NCBI RefSeq assembly: GCF_009914755.1
Contig: NC_060938.1
Strand: one strand, 5' to 3'
From: the human T2T-CHM13v2.0 reference genome, Homo sapiens
DNA length: 64,000 nucleotides
The first letter of the stretch is position 1. Every line of letters begins with the position of its first letter. The notes beneath the pieces were generated by a model that was not told where the DNA came from, ran no database searches, and saw only the letters and a program-made list of their open reading frames with translations. A program made the translations under genes and the position numbers. Shown here one piece after another: positions 59,128 to 64,000 of this stretch.

Positions 59128-60734
59128 TAGGTTATGAAACAAATTGATTCTAGCAGGCTAGACTTAAGAGAGATGAGCCCCTTGACCATCCCAAGGAAGA
59201 GTGGTTAACAGATGCAAGTTGTTTTATGCATCAGGAGAACAGGAGGGCTAGGTATGCTATTAGTAGTCAGCACAAGAGAATCAAGGCACAAGCCTTGCTG
59301 GCTTCGACCTCAGCCCAAAAAGCTGAGTTAATTGAACTTACTCAGCCCCTGCAGTTGGGAAAGGATTTAAAAGTTAACATTTACACTGATTTCAAGTATG
59401 ACTTTTTAGTGCTTCATGCTTATGCTGCAATTTGGAATGGGTAGGGACTCCTGACCCCCAAGGGCTTTTCCATACAACATCATTCAGATTTTGAACTTGT
59501 TAGAATGCTGTTTTGCTGCCAAAAAGTGACTATAATTAATTGCAGAGGACATCAAAAGAGAGACTGACCATGTAAAAGGAAATGCCCTTGCAGATGCTGC
59601 AGCCAAGGCCCCTGCACTGAAAGGGCCAATGAAGCTTATGAGTGTGCTGGTCAGCATACATTGAACTGAGCCAGAACACTCTGAAGAAGAACAAAAATGT
59701 GCCAGGGATTGCATTTCAGTCCAGGGTCCCTCTGGCTGGCTGAATGATGGTAATAAATTACTAATACCAAGTACCAATCATAGGAATATAATTCAGCACT
59801 TTCATGATTCTTTTCACCCTAGAAGGGATTCTTGGTTTCCGGTAATGTCTCATTTGTTTATAGGGGTAAATCTTTTCAAGACACCAAAACAGGTGACTCA
59901 GCCCTGTGATCTCTGTGCCTGACATGACCCAAACGGCTAGCAATTTTCTCCTTCTACAGGTAAACCTGTCCAAAATTGAGGAACCTATCCAGGTGAGAAC
60001 TGGCAACTCTAATTTACTCAGCTACCTTTCTGCAGGAGATTCAAATATTTGCTAATGCTTACTGATACCTTTATTGGTTAGATGGAGGCATTCCCCACCC
60101 CATCTGAAAAATGTTTACCAGAAGAAATAACTCCTCAGTTTGGGTAATCTAAAAGCCTGCAAAGTGGCAATGGCCCGTCTTTCACAGCAGGTGTATCCCA
60201 ACACCTATCCTCAGCTTTAAGAATCCAATATTACCTTCACTCTGTGTGCAGACCGCAGTCCTCTGGAAAGGTGAAAGGGCTAATCCTACTCTAAAGAAGA
60301 CTCTAGCTAAATCAGAAGCCTGACTATCTCTAACACCCATAGCTTACTGCGGGTTTGAACTGTTCCAAAGTAAAACTTATAATTAAATCCTGTTGAGTTA
60401 ACATTCGGAAGACCTTTCCTAAGCACAGATCTCCTAATAGATGAAAAGACTCATCAATTACAAAAATATGTCATCAATCTAGGACAGGTGCAAAGACACT
60501 CTGTGAATATGGATACAAGAGTCTTCCACTCCCACATGGGAGGAAAATTCAGTTTCAGCTCAGCTAGGGATTTAGTCTTACTAAAGATGTGGGAGGAAGT
60601 TCTCCAGCTGACCAGCTTTCCCCAACGTGGAAAGGACCACAGCAAGGACACCTGAGCTCTCCAACAGACCTTTAACGCCAAGGGATTCACAGGTGGGTAC
60701 ACCTGTGTGGAAGTAAAGCTGTTGCTTATTCTGT

Positions 60735-60922
60735 GAGCCGAATCCGAGGCTGAGGGAGGTGGGCGCGGGGCTATTTCAGCGGTGGTGGAGTGTGGGCTGG
60801 GTAGCTGCGCGTCTGCTCCTCCTTCTCGTGTTTCTCCTGCCACTCTAATCCCGCCTTGGCCATGAGGGAAATCGTGCTCACGCAGGCCGGGCAGTGCGGG
60901 AACCAGATCGTCGCCGAGGTTG
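60735..60922 (+). pseudogene. Beta-tubulin (TUBB8/TUBB4Q family) unprocessed fragment: GC-rich promoter/5' UTR, coding exon 1 (60,862-60,918) and splice donor only
   Basis: GCCATGAGGGAAATCGTGCTCACGCAG... encodes MREIVLTQAGQCGNQIVAE. The LTQ in place of HIQ/HLQ is diagnostic of the TUBB8 clade. Exactly 57 coding nt are followed by GT at 60,919, the conserved beta-tubulin intron 1 position. Confidence 0.9.
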
Positions 60923-60927
60923 TATTT

Positions 60928-61037
60928 AACTCCATAAAAATTAAAATTTTGTATGAGAGAAAAATGTCTCAAAGTCAAAAGTCAACAGACTGGGGAAATA
61001 GATCTGCAACATACATGACAGACAAAAAGCTAATTTG
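60928..61037 (+). mobile_element. Ancient L1M ORF2 3' fragment
   Basis: CAGACTGGGGAAATAGATCTGCAACATACATGACAGACAAAAAGCTAAT resembles the L1 'WEKIFA...DKGLI' segment. Confidence 0.6.
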
Positions 61038-61039
61038 GG

Positions 61040-61103
61040 ATATATATATATACACATATAAATATATATACATATAAATAGATAGATAGATAGATAGATA
61101 GAT
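61040..61103. repeat. Compound (TA)n/(TAGA)n microsatellite
   Basis: TATATATA... followed by GATAGATAGATA... Confidence 0.92.
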
Positions 61104-61119
61104 GTAAATATCCGTTTTT

Positions 61120-63090
61120 AACACCATTTTAGAAAATACCGTCCTTTCCCCATTGAACAGTGTTGACGCCCTTGTTAAAAATCATGACCATATTTTTTGG
61201 TTCTTTATTTCTATTGCATTGGTCTTTGTGTCTGTCTCTATGCTGGTACAGCATTGTTTTGCATACTGAAGTTTGAAACCAGGAGGTGTTAGTCCTCTAA
61301 CTTTGTTAGTTTTTAAGATTGATTTGGCTGCTTGGGGTTTTTTGAGATTTCGTCTGAATTTTAGAACAGGTTTTTCTATTTTTTCAAATATTGGAATTTT
61401 TACAGTGATTTTATTGAATCTGTAGATGACTATAGATAACAATGGCACCTTGACAAGATTTTGTCTTCCAGTCCATAAACACATGATGTCTTTTCATTTA
61501 TTTGTGTCATCTTTAATACTTTCATGCCATGTTTGTAGTTTTTGCTGTACAGGTTTTTCATTTCCTTGGTTAAGTGGGTTTCTAAGTATTTTATTCTTTT
61601 GATGCTATCATACATGATACTGTTGTCTTGATTTCTTCTTCAGATAGCTTATTGTTATTGTAGAAATACAACTGATTTTTGTGTATTATTTTGTATCCTG
61701 CAGCTTTGCTGAATTTTATTTATTGCATCTGACAGTTTATTTCACAGAAACTAAAAGATTTTTAATATATAAGGTTATGTCATCTGCAAACAGATAGTTT
61801 TACTTTTTAAAAAATTGGAATATCTTTAATTCTTTTACTCACCTTATTGTTTTAACTAACTAGAAACTTCAGTACTATACTAAATAGCAGTAGTAAAAGC
61901 AGGCATCCTTGTTTTTGCTCTTAGGGTAAAAGCTTTCAGTCTTTCACCATGTTAGCTGGGTTTTTTTTGTTTTGTTTTTTGTATAGCATTATGTTAATGT
62001 GTTTTCTTTCTTTTTATAGTTTATTAAGTATATTTTATCATGAATGTGGGTTAAATTTTGACAAATGCTTTTTCTTCTTTGCTTAAGATGATCACATGAG
62101 GGTTTTTTCCTTATGTTAATGTGATATTACGCTGATTTTCATGTGCTGGAACATACTTTCATTTCAGGAGTCAATTACACTCATTCATAGTGTATAATCC
62201 TTTTAATGTACTGCTAAGTTTGAGTTGCGGGTATTTTGTTGAGGATTTTTGCATCAGCATGTATAAGGGATGTTTGTTTGTAGTTTTCTTATGGTGCCTT
62301 TTTCTGGCTTGGTGTCAGGGTAATACTGACCTCATAGAATAAGTTAGAAAAAACTACCTCCTTTTCAACGTTTTGAAAAAGTTTGAGAAGAAGCGGTGTT
62401 AATTCTGCTTTAAACATTGGGTAGAATTCAACAGTGAAAACATCTGGTCCAGGCTTTTCTTTGTTGCTGGGTTTTTGATTACTGATGCTATCTTCCTGCT
62501 GAATCTCCTTGCTGAATAGGTTTATTCAACTTTTCTGATTCAGTCTTAGTAGGTTTTTTGTTTCTAGGAATTTGTTCATTTTATTTAAGCTATTCAATTT
62601 TTTAGTGTATAGTCCCTTATGGTACTCTCCTACACCCCTTTTTTACTCCAAAAATTTGTTAGTAATGTACCCATTTTATTTTTGAGTTTAGTAATTTGAA
62701 TATTCCCTTTCTTTCTTAGTCAATCTAGATAAAATTTTGTCAGTTTTGATGTTTTTCAGAGAACAAACTAGGTTGTGTTGATTTTTGATATTGTTTTTCT
62801 ATTCTCTATTTCACTTATTTCCACTGCTATCTTTATCATTTTTTTAATTTTGCTAGCTTTTAGTGGTCCCTCTTTAATAGTCCCTCTTTTTCTCTCTGTT
62901 TTTAGTTCCTTAGGAGTAAAGTTGTTGATTTGGTATCTTATTTTCTATAATCATTTATAGCTATAAATTTTTCCCTTATAGTACCATTTTTAATGTATCT
63001 CTTAACTTTTGTTATTTCATGTTTTTAATTTGTCTCTAGATATTTTTTCTTTTCTCTTGTGATTTCTTCCTTTATCCATCCTTGAGTGTT
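61120..63090 (-). mobile_element. Old L1M ORF2 fragment
   Basis: Minus-strand peptides IKRIKYLETHLTKEMKNLYSKNYK and VIYRFNKITVKIP. ATGTCATCTGCAAACAG is the FADD region at ~61,777. Confidence 0.85.
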
Positions 63091-64000
63091 TCATACCTAT
63101 ATTTTTAGACATAAAATGTGTAACCTACAGTATTTTCTTGATTTGTTAGTTTTATTTGTTGTAAGTTTTTATTTCAGAATTAAATGTGTGTATCAACATT
63201 TGTTATGTTCTCATAAACTTTGTAATACATGGAGATTACTGGTCCATATATGTAAGTCTCTACATGAATATTATTTTGAAGCATTTAACCTTCTATTTTA
63301 ATATTTCAAAGGTCTAAATGAAATTGAGATTTTGGTTTCTGAGATGAAATCATGGAAGGTGACTGAGAAATGCTTAAAAATTAGCCAAAACTTAAAATTA
63401 AGTTAAAGTTTACCTTCAAGATTCAACCTGAATAAGTCGCCCTGTATTGCTGGTAATAAAGAATAAGTCTTTAATGATATAAAAGGAAACTTCAGAGAAT
63501 GTTTTTTTTCCCCAGTTGACATATAAATTAAAAGATATAAAAAATTTTTATGGCCTTATGCATTTTTTACTTTAGAATTCCAACTTTTTCTGGTTAACAT
63601 TTTTCCAAACAGATTCCTGTGTATTTGAAAGACAAATAATTTTTTAATTGAACTGCTTAAGCAGTTAAATAAGGCCATGAAAGTTTCTTGAACTTGTGGG
63701 AATCCATGAGAAAATCTGACATTATGTTCTATTCTCTTGGAAGGTAGAAATATCGTTTGACTTCTGTTTTGCAGACAAGAAATGTCCTGAGCAAGGCTAC
63801 CTGGGACAATGACCTCACACATGGAAAACGTTGGAGCCCATCTGTTTCCAATCTGCTGTTTTCCAAAAATTAGTGAAGTTCAGTTTTCCCTTTGATACTC
63901 TCTGTTACTACCAATCCCAATGCCAGGGCTGTCCTGCTTCTACAAGTGACAATGACAAATATAGGCCTGAAGAAAGATGAGATGATGGGATTCCCAGCTT

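Larger units (their letters stand above)
52950..60732 (+). mobile_element. Decayed ERV1 provirus (MER4/HUERS-like): 5' LTR ending at 53,485, then gag-pro-pol remnants; no env or 3' LTR
   Basis: LTR end GGTCTGTATCAGGACCCTC...AACA plus PBS-like sequence. Gag ITQGKDEN (~56,160) and CCHC knuckle CAFCRKVSHCRRKC (~56,575). Protease FVLGVGADYSVL. RT IQYVGDLLIA (~57,646). RNase H SAQKAELI, NIYTDFKY and GNALAD. Integrase QSGNGPSF, RPQSSGKV and WKGP. The left LTR boundary is approximate. Confidence 0.88.

Noticed and set aside
56574-60732. Functional or domesticated ERV pol
   Set aside because: Multiple stops and frameshifts, catalytic motifs mutated (YVGD, LGVGA, SGNG), and interrupted by a THE1 LTR and an Alu.
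60454-60978. 174-aa minus-strand ORF
   Set aside because: Antisense read-through of ERV integrase, the tubulin fragment and L1 sequence, with no coherent protein homology.

Overview
This is primate (human or great-ape-like) pericentromeric DNA, almost entirely repetitive, with no intact host protein-coding gene. Positions 1-17.8 kb are divergent 171-bp alpha satellite without CENP-B boxes. It contains an orientation switch at ~3,911, a change of monomer class at ~5,430, and relic multi-monomer periodicity. The array ends in a mosaic junction: a ~130-bp L1PA 5' UTR stub, ~0.93 kb of diverged D4Z4/LSau-like sequence with no homeobox, then old L1. The rest is a nested transposon landscape. A near-full-length L1MA-type LINE is spread over ~21 kb by insertions: a 3'-deleted L1PA, a complete MST MaLR that itself hosts a 5'-deleted L1PA with a long ORF2, Alus, an MSTA/THE1 LTR, and a 5-unit CER satellite flanked by a 90-bp duplication. 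It is followed by a decayed ERV1 provirus carrying an LTR5 (HERV-K HML-2) solo LTR and a THE1 LTR, and the provirus is fused to an isolated promoter + exon 1 of a TUBB8/TUBB4Q-type beta-tubulin. I do not see a demonstrably new biological system. The best leads are several templated-insertion signatures at breakpoints, an endonuclease-intact but RT-dead L1 ORF2, and the ERV-tubulin exon 1 fusion. Family names come from recognition of consensus sequences from memory, not from a database search, and boundaries of old elements are approximate.
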